From Eledone cirrhosa (taxonomy: Eukaryota): a stretch of DNA of 64,000 bases. The notes under the pieces were generated by a model. It was not told the DNA's origin. It saw only the letters and a list, made by a program, of their open reading frames with translations, and made no database searches. Where the stretch lies: NCBI GenBank assembly GCA_964016885.1, contig OZ024741.1, positions 224,006,001 through 224,070,000 on the forward strand. Reading direction: 5' to 3'. Shown here piece by piece: positions 26,745 to 40,640 of the stretch (position 1 is the first letter of the stretch; each line of letters opens with the position of its first letter). Position numbers and translations under genes: made by a program.

Positions 26745-27375
26745 GTCAGGTCACCATTTGGTGCTACTGGTAACATGTATCCCAGTACAAACTGTCCCAT
26801 GGTCGGGTCGTTGGCGACTAAACTGGCAACCCCAAGGTTTCTTGGTGAGGAGGGTGACTTTGGACATCCTGCAGGACTAAAAACAAAACCTGTCAAAGGG
26901 CAAATGAGCTCTTAAGAGTCAATGGCCATCCAAAATCACCGGGAGAGATGACCCCTTAGCCTTTGTCAAGGCAGAATTCTAGGAGAAGGAAAACTCTGAT
27001 ATAACACCTGCAACCCTGATGGCATCCAATGATGTTGACTTGTTCTTATTTTTGGTAAATATCATCTTGGTTAAGAGAGTGGGACTGGCTTTGTGCAGTG
27101 CCTTTGCTCACTATAAAAGCTTCACGGCACAGGCATTGCTTTATATCTGTAGATCTCTCTGCACTTGTCGTCACATGGTACCATGGGCCCAGCACTATGT
27201 GTCAATAATTGTCACAGGTGTAGTGTTTGTACCAGAGTTTTCGGGTCGCTGGCTCGACTAAAAAGTCACACTCGTTCAGCGCATCGGTAGGGGTTCTCCT
27301 ACATGGATATAAAGTAGTGGCCGTACTCGAAAACGAGTTGGCAGCCACCATGTATGTACGTACGTACGTACGTAC
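26745..27375 (+). mobile_element. ~600-bp non-coding retroposon with an (ATGT)/(ACGT)n tail
   Basis: Second copy at 9996-10456 in the opposite orientation; no coding signature. Confidence 0.75.
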
Positions 27376-27429
27376 GTACACAAACACACACATACATACA
27401 TATACACTCACACATATAAGCATTTGTTC

Positions 27430-29470
<2,041 letters not shown>

Positions 29471-29611
29471 CGTTGTAATACAACGTTCAGCATTCTTTCT
29501 TTGTGGCTAAACCAACCCAACAACCGCCATTTTGATTGTGAACAGTAATCTCTCTCATCTTTCATTTCTTTGATCAGTTTAGCTGTAATATTCCCTCGTT
29601 ACTGTTATCGT

Positions 29612-30040
29612 TAGTGTTGTTTAGCCCATGGCCAGCCATGATCCAGTAGACCTATCATCAAAGACATTCCAACCATCCTTATCGCTAGCGATGTTTAACC
29701 CATGGTCAGTTTTGATGCAGTAGACCTGATCCAGTTGATCTATCATCAAAGATGTTAGCGTTGTTTAGCCCATGGCTAGTCCTGATCCAGTAGACCTATA
29801 GTTTAAGGCATTTGTGTTGCTTAGCCCATGGCTAGTCCTGATCCAGTAAAACCTATCAATCAAGGCATTTGTGTTGTTTAGTCCTGATCTAGTAGACCTA
29901 TTATGAAAGACATTTTTGTTGTTTAGCCCATGGCCAGTCCTGAACCTCTAAACCTATCACCAAAGACGTTAGTGTTGTTTAGCCCATGGCCCGTCCTGCT
30001 CTTGTGAACCTGTCATCATCAAAGATGTTCTAACCATCAC
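29612..30040 (+). repeat. Degenerate ~57-bp tandem array derived from a dispersed repeat
   Basis: GTGTTGTTTAGCCCATGG...AGACCTATC occurs about 7 times. Confidence 0.8.
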
Positions 30041-30631
30041 CATCCTTCAATTTATTCACGCATTAGGTCTTCAATACTTGGTTATTCAATGTAGTCATAT
30101 ACAAAATAACAACAAAAGTTGTCATTAAGGAGGTCACACACTTTGTGACGAAAGAGGTTCGATGAATATCAACAACTAAACACCGATCCAATTATTAAAC
30201 TAACCGACTGGGAAATTATAATAACAAATTGAAGTGAAATCCAATAGGTGCGTGTGTTTTTTTATTGGCAGCATGACCCTCCCAGAAAGGTACTGGCGGG
30301 ACAAAGAAATAGACGGGTGAGAAGAAGAAGGTGGAAGTAAGAAGATTATAGGAGAGGAAAAGTGATAGAGAGTCGTGGCATATTTAGATAATGCAAGAAG
30401 CAAAGAAAATATCAGTGATACAAAAAGATTTCCTGGTGGAAGTTCAGGTAAACTCCGGGTGTATATCCAGTTCCAGAGTGAAAATCCAATTTGAAAATCC
30501 AACAAATTTGAGAGGTCGACGTAAGCATTGATATTTATATGTATGTCAAAGGTAAACAGAAGTAACAACACAATTAGTACAGTATATGGAAGGAATATAT
30601 TAGGTTAACGCTTGAAATAACAGGAAGAGGG

Positions 30632-30667
30632 TCTTAACGTTTCGAACGCTAGTCCTTCATCAGAAGA
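30632..30667 (-). ncRNA. Minimal hammerhead in pLTR
   Basis: ucuu CUGAUGA a-ggac-uagc-guuc GAAA CG UU aaga. Confidence 0.82.
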
Positions 30668-31139
30668 AATAATGAGAAATTAGAAAGATTGAAGGGATGG
30701 ATGGGACGGAATCGAAAAAAAATGTTTTTAGAGAAAAATAACAGGTCCATTCATGTTGCCATCTCTTGGAAAACTGTTGATGCTGGCGTTTTGTTTATGA
30801 TTTATTTTTTTAGAAAAGTGGATGATGGAGCGCGTCTATCCGTTTTGTATATAGAGCTATACTTGTGCGCGCGCGCCTGTGTTATTATACATCCGTACGA
30901 AGCTAAGAGGATATGTAAGCAAAAGAGTGTGGGCGTGCTTTTAAGTACGAAACTGTGAGCAAAAGTATGTCAATATAAAGGTGTATGTGTGTGTGTATAC
31001 AGAGCTGTGAAGGGAAAAGTAGAGTGTGCATATTTTGTTGGTCTGTATCAGCTGTAAGAGTATATGTTTCTGACCATAAGAGGGCCATAGGAATCTAGGG
31101 GTGTGTGTGATAACGGATGGGGTATTAAAGAAATTGAAT

Positions 31140-31733
31140 TCATAAGGGAAACCCAAGGCGGTAAATCAGACTCTGTTCAGTCCTGGTGCGCGAGGCCTGT
31201 GCACCGTGATGTAAAAGGACACCAAGGACTGAGACATATAGGGAAGAGTGACCTGGGGAACGGAAATGACGAGCGACGGGAGTATCCATATCGAGTTGTA
31301 TGACCCTCAAATGTTCAGCAAAACGGTCCGCCCAACGGTGTCCCGTTTGTCCGATGTATAAGGACCCGAAAAAGGAACACCGGAGGGCATAGACAACGTG
31401 GGTGGGTGTGCAGGTGAAGGAGTGACGGATACGGAATGACCCGTTAGGGCCTGTGAGAGTGGCGAGGGTGGAAATGAAGGGACAAGTGTTGCAGCGGGGA
31501 TGAGAACAAGTATGAGAGCCGGGTAGAGTCGTAGGAAGCGTCGAGAAGGAACTGCGTGCCAGGAGGTTGCGGAGGTTACGGGCGCGCTTAAATGCGGTGA
31601 TGGGTGGTTTAGCAAAAAAACGAGGAGTGACAGGTTCAGAAGAGAGGGTGCGGAACGAACGGAGAATATGTCGCCGGAAAAGTAGGGTGATGGGGTGGTA
31701 GGTAGGAAAGAAAGGCGGATCTTGGGAGGGCAC
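31140..31733 (-). pseudogene. Linker Zn-finger plus GIY-YIG endonuclease of a PLE
   Basis: TYHP, AFKRARNLRNLL, CSHPRCNTC, FTC...VVYALRC..LYIGQT...RFAEH, PVARHF and R..EQ.LI.RL. Confidence 0.92.
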
Positions 31734-32121
31734 TGGTGAGGTAAGAGGGCTATGGTACGGTCGGTTTCATGGGCGCGGGTGAGAGTGGCTTGGATCGGTG
31801 ACATATTCTCCGTTCCTTCCGCACCCTCTCTTCTGACCCCGTCACTTCTCGCTTTTTTCCTAACCCACCTATCACTGCATTTAAGCGCGCCCGTAACCGC
31901 CACGATCTCCTGGTACGCAGTTCCTTCTCGTCGTCTCCTACAACTCCACCCGGCTCTCATCCTTGTTCTCGTCCCCGCTGTAACACTTGTCCTTACGCCA
32001 GCATCAACAGTTTTCCAAGAGATGGCAACATTAATGGACCTGTTATTTTTCTCTAAAAACATTTTTTTTATCCGATTCCGCCCCGTCCGTCCCTTCAATC
32101 TCTTTCTAATTTCTCATTCTT

Positions 32122-32157
32122 TCTTCTGATGAAGGACTAGCGTCCGAAACGTTAAGA
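32122..32157 (+). ncRNA. Minimal hammerhead in inverted pLTR
   Basis: ucuu CUGAUGA a-ggac-uagc-gucc GAAA CG UU aaga; loopless palindromic stem III ACGU. Confidence 0.85.
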
Positions 32158-32269
32158 CCCTCTTCCTGCTATTTCAAGCGTTAACCTAATATATTCCTTC
32201 CATATACTGTACCGATTGTGTTGTTATTTCTATTTACCTTTTACAAGTATATACATATATATATATCTA

Positions 32270-32751
32270 ATTTCCTATCGCGATAATCCCTGCTACATCG
32301 CGGATTTTTCGTTAGAACTTATCTATTTTCATATCGCGGTACGTACATCTGAATAAAAAGTGTTTTAAAGTTTCGTTGAAGTGTATAGCGTAAGTGTAAG
32401 GCTTTAACAATAAAAATGTTTCTATTCCATTACTGTTTTACTGATTGCGTTTTTCTCAAATCTACTATAAACCCTTCATAGATTGACAGGAGATGTGCAG
32501 TGTATTACCAAGCGGCTAACGTGGTTGGTAATGGTCGTCATTGGTAACTAGGGGTGAGATTGTTACTGACTGATTTTGGTGTTTGAATACAAAAGTGTTT
32601 TAATGAGTTTATATGTACTTAAAGCATGTAGGATAGGCATTTTAAGGCATGAACTATGAAAACAACGGTTGTCATTATGGTCTCTCTATATCAAGGATTT
32701 TCATTTATCGCGGTTGTTTCTGGAACGTATCCCCCACGATAAAAGGGGTTA

Positions 32752-32756
<5 letters not shown>
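32270..32756. mobile_element. Tigger-like non-autonomous DNA transposon, left end eroded
   Basis: Right end ...GGAACGTATCCCCCACGATAAAAGGGGTTACTG-TA has the same style as 14187-14223. Confidence 0.55.
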
Positions 32757-32801
<45 letters not shown>

Positions 32802-32804
<3 letters not shown>

Positions 32805-33232
32805 AAAGTTCTATTTAAATTGTTGGGATACAACAAGTAAATATTTTTATAACTGATATAAAGCACTCGACAAGTATTTGGAATAAACATACGATATTAA
32901 CAAATGGAAACTATATTTATAAAACCATATTTATTTCATTATACATATTTCAAGGATACCAAGTTAAATTATGGTGTGCTTTCATCAGACAAAATACAAT
33001 ATATACCAGTTTTATAAATAAACATTGACGTACCCTTTTCAAAATGCGACCGTTAGTTTTGGGAGACATCAGTCGCATTTTGAAAAGGGTACGTCAATGT
33101 TTATTTATAAAACTGGTATATATTGTATTTTGTCTGATGAAGGCATACCATAATTTAACTTGGTATCCTTGAAATATGTATAATGAAATAAATATGGTTT
33201 TATAAATATAGTTTCCATTTGTTAATATCGTA
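32802..33232 (-). mobile_element. Fold-back hammerhead element (family A, copy 1)
   Basis: About 160-bp arms at 32890-33050 and 33072-33232 with a 21-nt spacer; (TA)n on both sides; homologous to 53483-53945. Confidence 0.88.
33126..33190 (+). ncRNA. Type I hammerhead (mirror copy 32932-32996, minus strand)
   Basis: uauuuugu CUGAUGA agg(c)auacca-10nt-ugguauccuu GAAA uaugua UA augaaaua. Confidence 0.78.
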
Positions 33233-33249
33233 TATATATATATATATAT

Positions 33250-33658
33250 TGAGTATATGTTGGTTGTATACCAACACCTCAATATGCAGGCTGGAGCACT
33301 CGACGAAGTGCGCAGGTTGGTTTGGTTACTCCGGAGTAATGTAAAATAAAGTTAAATAAAAAGTCAAATGTTTAAAATTTAGCTTCGTTTATTACTGCTA
33401 TATATATTTCAGTGACAGCCATCTTTGGCTGTGACCTCGTCATATGATTCCAGTTCGTCAGTGAAATAACAACCCAACCAGGAACTGGGCATATCAGAGT
33501 ATTGACAAAATCATACACCTCAACAACATATGTACTTGTCTATACCACACTAATTCGGACTGCCTGAAGAGGTCACAGCCAAAGATGGCTGTCACTGAAA
33601 TATATATAGCAGTAATAAACGAAGCTAAATTTTAAACATTTGACTTTTTATTTAATTT

Positions 33659-33665
<7 letters not shown>
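33250..33665 (-). mobile_element. Fold-back hammerhead element (family B)
   Basis: Arms at about 33342-33438 and 33569-33665; (TA)n on both sides. Confidence 0.85.
33559..33613 (+). ncRNA. Type I hammerhead ribozyme
   Basis: acugc CUGAAGA ggucacagcca-aaga-uggcugucacu GAAA uauaua UA gcagu. The mirror copy at 33394-33442 is broken at the core. Confidence 0.9.
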
Positions 33666-33757
<92 letters not shown>

Positions 33758-33763
33758 CCATCA

Positions 33764-33817
<54 letters not shown>

Positions 33818-33820
33818 CAT

Positions 33821-33885
<65 letters not shown>

Positions 33886-33986
33886 GCATAGGGAACGGGC
33901 GAAGGTTTAATAAACATCATCTTTGTCCGTTCCCTTGTCGTTTTAGTTTGGATTGCCTCGAGAACGTAACCTTATTATGTAATGAA

Positions 33987-34061
33987 GCTGTCTGATGAGA
34001 TCGTGGCACTGGTTAGACGGATTCACGTGGCTACTGTCGTCATTGAAATATGTATCACAGC
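33987..34061 (+). ncRNA. Type I hammerhead with a long stem II
   Basis: gcugu CUGAUGA (46 nt) GAAA uaugua UC acagc; preceded by the hairpin AGGGAACGGGCGAAGG...TCTTTGTCCGTTCCCT (33890-33935). Confidence 0.75.
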
Positions 34062-35407
34062 CTTACCGATAAAGGACTTTAACATCTGAAACTACTTCGC
34101 AGTAAATCCAAAGAAAACTGGTGAGAGAACCAAAGTCAGCGCTCAATGCAGAGCAGAGTGTATACAATAAGAACAAAGTAGAGGTGTTACATAGGAGATT
34201 TATTGCTCAATCCTGGTTACAAATTTTTCTCAAGCATCTGGATCATGATCTGGTATGGCACCCCCAGACCAGACTCCAAGACTGCCGGATCCTCAGACCA
34301 GTGTTAACACAACAAAAAAGCACATCAAATCTGTAGACGAACCAGCAAAAACAAAAACAAGCATATAGAATGACTAAACACGGGCCTAGAATTCAACAGA
34401 CACACCTATCCCGAGTATTACAAGAAAAAACCGTTATAAACAAAAACAAAATATATCCACGTATACACACACACGCACACACACACACATGCATAAAATG
34501 CCTACGTACACACACTCTCTCACACGTAGAAATTGTACATGTACATACATATACATACACACATCCGCACACAGACACATATATATATATATATATAAAT
34601 ATATATACACACACACACACACACTCACACACTTGCAAATACATATATACACATCATAAAAATACACTAAAAAAATGCAAGAAAAAGGGTGTTGGTGCTC
34701 TGGGACGAGTAATGGGACTACCGTGACATGACAGGGTCGGTAGCTCACTAAGGAAGACAGCAGCCCTTTGCGGTTCGCCCACCTGCGAGATGGGCGAACA
34801 GATGGATTCTTCGATGCTTACAATTACTCAGAATCTCGAACCTGTATATACATATATACATATACGTACATACATACATACATACATACATACATACATA
34901 CACACAACTAGTTAGGAAATTACAAGTACAATCCATTAATGGAACAGTAAAAATATGTAAAACATTCCAAACATTTTGCATCTAATAACTGCATATACAC
35001 ATGTACAGATACAAAGCGTATGCACATGCACACATACAACTCAAAACATCCACATCCACACATGCAATAACATCTATACTTGCACACACATGCATGCATG
35101 CAGACATGCATACATATCTACCTAGTTGATGTATAAATTCTAATGAGTGAGTCTTGTATCTATGTTAGAAACCGACTCTCTCTTGGCAAAAATTTGTGAA
35201 ATTATAAAAAAGAAGAACATACATACATACATCGTGTTTTTATTTTGATACCAGCCACCTGGAACCGTCCCTGGTTTTATAATACAAAGCTGTTTATTTT
35301 AAAGTGTTTATATTTATTTAACTAAAAACCTTACATCATAATTTTATGTAAAAACTTTAAGTTATGTTCTAAATACCAGTCCAACAATAAGAAAATGAGT
35401 TATATTA

Positions 35408-36030
35408 CTCGGCAGCGAACCTATCCTGTGCATGTCGGAGATCAACTTCCGCCGAGTTGAATAGCACCATGTTGTCTACAAATATCAGTCAACTTATCCT
35501 ACACCTGCCGGTTTTGATACCACTTCCACCCGAGCTGCACATGTCAATCCTGTTCATGAAGATTATGAACAGGAGAGGTGACTATATGTACTTCTGCCGG
35601 TGTCCGACACGCATGTTGAATGGTTCCAACAGCACCAATTACAGACCTGTCAACTCTCCCACTCATTTTGGGGTGTGTGAAAGATGTCTTCTCGTGTGAA
35701 AATGGATATAACTTTCATTATGTAAAATCTACCCATTTTGCCTCTTTTATCCCCGTTTTGGGGGCACTTTTTTTCATGGTACTCCTTGTTTGGATTTTTA
35801 AAAGTTGGCAGGGCTGCAATTAAATGTACAGAGATACAAAGGCATTCGTACAGGGATTTCAAGGCAACAAGAAACTGTCCGACAAACCCATACTCCTACA
35901 GAAACTTCCACAACAGATCCCGTGGAACGCGGTCATATGCCTTTTCGAGGTCTACGAACAAAGCATATACCGCTTGACTATACTCCCACGATTTATCGAG
36001 AACTTGCCGTAGAGGGAGATCACAGTTCCG
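35408..36030 (-). pseudogene. RTE-type LINE reverse transcriptase relic, interrupted at 35690-35817
   Basis: LRQVLDKSWEYSQAVYALFVDLEKAYDRVPRDLLW...ALKSLY, then SPLLFIIFMNRI...LIFVDNMVL. Confidence 0.85.
35690..35817. mobile_element. DNA-transposon end fragment (second copy at about 59385-59515)
   Basis: Shared CTTTCATTATGTAAAATCT...GGCACTTTTTTTCATGGTAC...GTTGGCA. Confidence 0.6.
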
Positions 36031-36560
36031 CTACTACAGACATGTGGTTAGGGAAGAATCGTATGTCAGATTTTACCGTCAAAGCCAACCGGCAGGATAC
36101 TTAAAGGTAGGCCACGAGTAAGATGGTTGGATAACATCCATAGGCTTGCATCGTCTCGCTTGGGGATCCAGCCGGCTATTTTGAAAATGGTTACTTCCAA
36201 TATAACCCCCTGGAAGATGTGTTTGATGACTTTTCCCCCACGACGTTCTCAAGAAGAAGGAGGAAGACGGCGAGAAGAAGGAGGAGCATGTGCTGCCAAA
36301 TTTCGAACGTTTCCAAAATATTTTTTTTTTCAGACAAGAAGGGTCTAGGCAGTTAAGCCAAGACTACTTGAGACAATAGACAATCCAACAGGATTATTAC
36401 AATGCGTGCTATTTGTTTCTTTTTCTTCTATTTTTTTAGTCGTTAAATTGATCGTTTTGCCAGCTTCAGTACTAGCAATATTTCTTGTAGAAATATATTC
36501 TCTCGGTAATGGAATTTTTGTCTCTGTGGATTTTTGTAGAACGCAAGAATTATTACTCAC

Positions 36561-36595
36561 ATTTCCAAATAAAGTGTCCGACATTTTCCTTCCCT
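36561..36595 (-). CDS. Candidate exon 2 (35 nt) of a minus-strand host gene
   Basis: CCTTTGTTTTGTCAG| acceptor and |GTGAGT donor; in frame with the exon at 37099-37162. Confidence 0.45.
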
Positions 36596-37098
36596 CTGAC
36601 AAAACAAAGGACTTTATTTGGTTTACTCATAACATACCGGGGAGTCATTTTGATGGGCTTAATTTTTCTTAATTTTTAAACTGTCAGGCAAAATATGTAG
36701 ATTAGATTTTTCTACTGCAGAGTCGGTGAAAAAAATGCCTGTATGTATTAAAAAACGATAGGATTGAATAATGAGAAAAATAATAAAAATCGTTAAAAAA
36801 AAAACCGCTTTCACTTCCTATGTGTATCACGGATGAATTTATCGACCATGCATTTGGCATGACGATGAATTTTAACGCGATGTAATCACCCGGGATGAAT
36901 TTAAAGTGAATGTATATATGGAAGCCGCGAAATAGCAGAGTTATGAGAACGTCGGATACAGTGTTATGCCGTATTCGTTCCGGATCTCAGTTATCTCAGT
37001 TCAAATCTTGCCGAGTTTAACTTTAAAAAATAACCAGTCCAGTACTGGGGGGTCGAGTCATCCTCTATATCTCTTTGTCACTTCCTTTCTTCTCTTAC

Positions 37099-37162
37099 TC
37101 TCTATTCTTCCCTTGAAAAAATCTGCTGTTCTCGGGTCTGGAGGGAGGATGGGATCCGCCAT
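37099..37162 (-). CDS. Candidate first coding exon MADPILPPDPRTADFFKGRIE
   Basis: aaacATGGCGG start with an upstream in-frame TGA and a |GTAAGA donor; locally CpG-containing unique DNA. Confidence 0.5.
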
Positions 37163-37376
37163 GTTTAAAAATACTCGAAGAAACGTGATATATCAATATG
37201 ACGACCCTTTGTTCCGTCTGTGTGAGTAGTTTAACCAGTTTTCTAAGCTATTATATATAACAATCGGCAGTTGTTAGCTACTTTTCTGCGCTTGGGCTTT
37301 CTACATTTTCTAGGAATATATATATATATATATATATAATAGTACAGCATATTCGAAGTTCGATCAGCAGCTAAGC

Positions 37377-37430
<54 letters not shown>

Positions 37431-37467
37431 AGAGTCTAGGCCTGATATATATATATATGTATATATG

Positions 37468-37686
37468 AAAAGGTAAACAGAAATAACAAAGCAACGGGCA
37501 CATAAGAAATATATTAGTTAGTTTTCCGCTTGATACAGTAGAACGTTATGGACGCTAGTCTTTCATCAGAGAATGGAATGAGAAATTAAAGAAAAAAATA
37601 GAGTCAGCAGTAGCAGAAACAAAAACAATTTCCTTGAGATAAAGCAGGTCTATTCAGCTCGCCATCTCTTGTTGAATCCAGCGTCT
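37468..37686 (-). mobile_element. Diverged pLTR related to 30548-30789, with a degenerate hammerhead
   Basis: CUGAUGA aagacuagcgucc AUAA CGUU, in which GAAA is mutated; same AAAGGTAAACAGAA end. Confidence 0.7.
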
Positions 37687-37763
37687 TCGTATAAGAAAAA
37701 AGAGAAAAAAATAAAAAGGAAAAAAAATATTTTTCTTCCTAATAATCGTCTTTTTCTCTCTGT

Positions 37764-37827
<64 letters not shown>

Positions 37828-37981
37828 ATATATATATATATATATATACATTATATATATATATATACATTATTATATACATTATATATATATATATACA
37901 TTATTATATACATTATATATATATATATATATATACATTATTATATACATTATTATATACATTATATATATATATATACAT

Positions 37982-38039
<58 letters not shown>

Positions 38040-38426
38040 ATGGAGCTGCGGCGTTGCAAATGTGTTACATATGAAAAAGTAAGTCCTTCATCAGTGACCC
38101 TCCAACCGTCCTAGGCATTTCATCGCTTTAAGGGCCATATGCCTCAGGTTGGTGCGAACAACGGCTAAAAAAAGTCGTTGGGACACGTAAATAAAGGGGA
38201 CGTTAGGGCGAACAAACAAAATGGTTTAAGCAACAGAAAGTGAGAAGAAAGAGACAAGTCCCAGATTTCTATGAATATAAACTCGGTGAAATCGTGAACA
38301 AGAGAATAAAGACCATCAAACCTGGTTGAAATGTGAGTAAGGAAGGAATTTCGCACAGGTCTAACGGGGGGGAAGAAGAAGGGGTCTGGTCTGCGAATTC
38401 GGTAAAAATAAGTTCTGTGAAGTCGC

Positions 38427-38479
<53 letters not shown>

Positions 38480-38516
38480 TTCATACCGGCTTGGTCATAT
38501 ATATACATATATATAT

Positions 38517-38682
38517 AACGAAGGAAATGTGGTAAGGAACCAGGTGGACCATAACGCACCAAAGTACTCAATACTTAGGGTAGTAGAGTGGGTAATAGGA
38601 ACAAGTAAGACCCCGACGGCTGAGCTCAAGCCGTTTCGACTGCTAATCCAGTACAGAATTAGCCGTCGGGGTCTTACTTGTT

Positions 38683-38686
<4 letters not shown>
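38517..38686 (-). mobile_element. Family D copy 3 with fold-back
   Basis: Near-identical to 10834-11026; the right arm is deleted between GCCGTC repeats; (TA)n flanks. Confidence 0.85.
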
Positions 38687-38722
<36 letters not shown>

Positions 38723-38762
38723 ATAAGTTTACGGAATTAGCATGGGTTTCACATATATATAA

Positions 38763-38807
<45 letters not shown>

Positions 38808-38894
38808 GTATCCCGAGTTGAATCGGGGGCAACCACAGTAAGTAAGGTACTCAATACATAGTAGAGTATATACAACGTTTAATATAGAAAAAGG

Positions 38895-38958
<64 letters not shown>

Positions 38959-39277
38959 TATTCCGAAATGATTTAGCAGACAATACCTAAAAACAGGTTT
39001 GTTAATTCAACTATCTATAGTCTTCTCAACATTTGCTGTTATTTTGAGTAAAGACTTTAATTTTTCTTGTGATGCAATTATAATACTGCTTTGTACTTCT
39101 CAAGAATGTCTTGCTAATGTGGCTTGATGCGGTACAGGATGTTAAGAGTTGAGTGGCTGGTGTAAGGGTATGGGCTGTGGAGGATGGTAACAACCCCAAC
39201 ACTCTTGTTTGAAGATAATATCAACAGTTATAGGTCAAAGGTCACAGCAACCTTTAAGAGAAGTCATGATAACAGGG

Positions 39278-39620
39278 ACGAAAACATCTGATGATGACGG
39301 CGATGGCGATGACGGGAAAAAACGAAAACAGATCTGGTGATGGTAATAATGATGGTGATGGTGGTGATAATGGTAAAGGTGTTGATGGTGATGGTGATGG
39401 TGATGGTGATGACGAAAACATATCTGGTGATGGTAATAATGATGGTGATGATGGTGGGGATGGTAAAGGTGTTGATGGTGATGGTGATGGTGATGGTGAT
39501 GACGAAAACATATCTGGTGATGGTAATAATGATGTTGATGATGGTGGGGATGGTAAAGGTGTTGATGGTGATGGTGATGACGAAAACAGATGTCTTGTAA
39601 TGGTGATGTTGATGATGAAC
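39278..39620. repeat. 90-bp (GATGGT)-rich minisatellite, about 3 units
   Basis: ACGAAAACA occurs at about 39322, 39412, 39502 and 39580. Confidence 0.88.
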
Positions 39621-39764
39621 AATTAGAACAATTGGCGTGACACAACATAAACAAACGCAAAATACCAAAAACATAACAATCACCGCCACCGCCATCACCA
39701 TCAATATGAATACGATTATACCACCACCACCACCACCACCACCACCACCACCACCAGCACCACC

Positions 39765-39795
<31 letters not shown>

Positions 39796-40155
39796 CCACC
39801 ACCACCAGCACCATTCGTAAAATCTCCCTTGAATCACACTCTTTACACTGGACAATGAAATCCTAGATGTGCAAATTGATGATGGCCACGGCTGGGATGG
39901 GTTTGATGACAGGTCTACTCGATCAAGGTTGACCTGGAGTCCAAACAAAGAAACGTGCGAGCCTCTTTGGGGCCAGTCGATCTGCTCAAAATAGTAGTCA
40001 AATTTGCTCAAATCAAACCCATGTTAATCTCATAAGTGAGGAGGACATTGGAGACCGTCACGGCTGGATTGCTTTTGATCAGAGTTGGCCTGGGCTAAAC
40101 AACAATAATAACATTGACAAAAGCTACCATCAATAAAATCCCAATAACAGCAAAA

Positions 40156-40156
<1 letters not shown>

Positions 40157-40201
<45 letters not shown>

Positions 40202-40609
40202 AGAACAACAACTACTACTACTACCACTACTATAACTATAACACCACCATTTACAACACCCCACTACCATAACCAAGAACAACAACAACCCCCACCACAA
40301 CCATTACCACCGCCGATAACAACAAATGCGCCACCACCACCACCAAAACAACAACAACTACTACTACTATTACTACAACAACAACTACCACTACTATTAC
40401 AACAAAAACGCCCCACTACCACCTCCAACAACAACTACTACTACCACTACTATAACTACTACTACGACTTACAACACCCCACTACCACCACCAAGAACAA
40501 CAACTACTATTACGACGACGCCCTCACCATACCCATGACTTACAACAACAACAATAACAATTACACCACCACCAACACCACCACCACCATCACCACCACC
40601 GTTACCAGC

Positions 40610-40640
<31 letters not shown>

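Larger units (their letters stand above)
30548..32242 (-). mobile_element. 5'-truncated Penelope-like element (Neptune-like) with fold-back
   Basis: Inverted pLTRs 30548-30789 / 31995-32242; a further inverted copy at 31800-31992 of 31480-31671. Confidence 0.88.

Noticed and set aside
26745-26840. HDV-like ribozyme at the 5' end of the retroposon (CCAGT/ACTGG pairing, GTCG-TTGG-CGAC-TAA)
   Set aside because: P2, P4 and J4/2 look plausible, but I could not build P1, P1.1 or L3. A search on the family consensus is needed.
34121-34450. ORF downstream of the 33987 hammerhead as a PLE N-terminus
   Set aside because: No recognisable motif, and it is interrupted by a stop.
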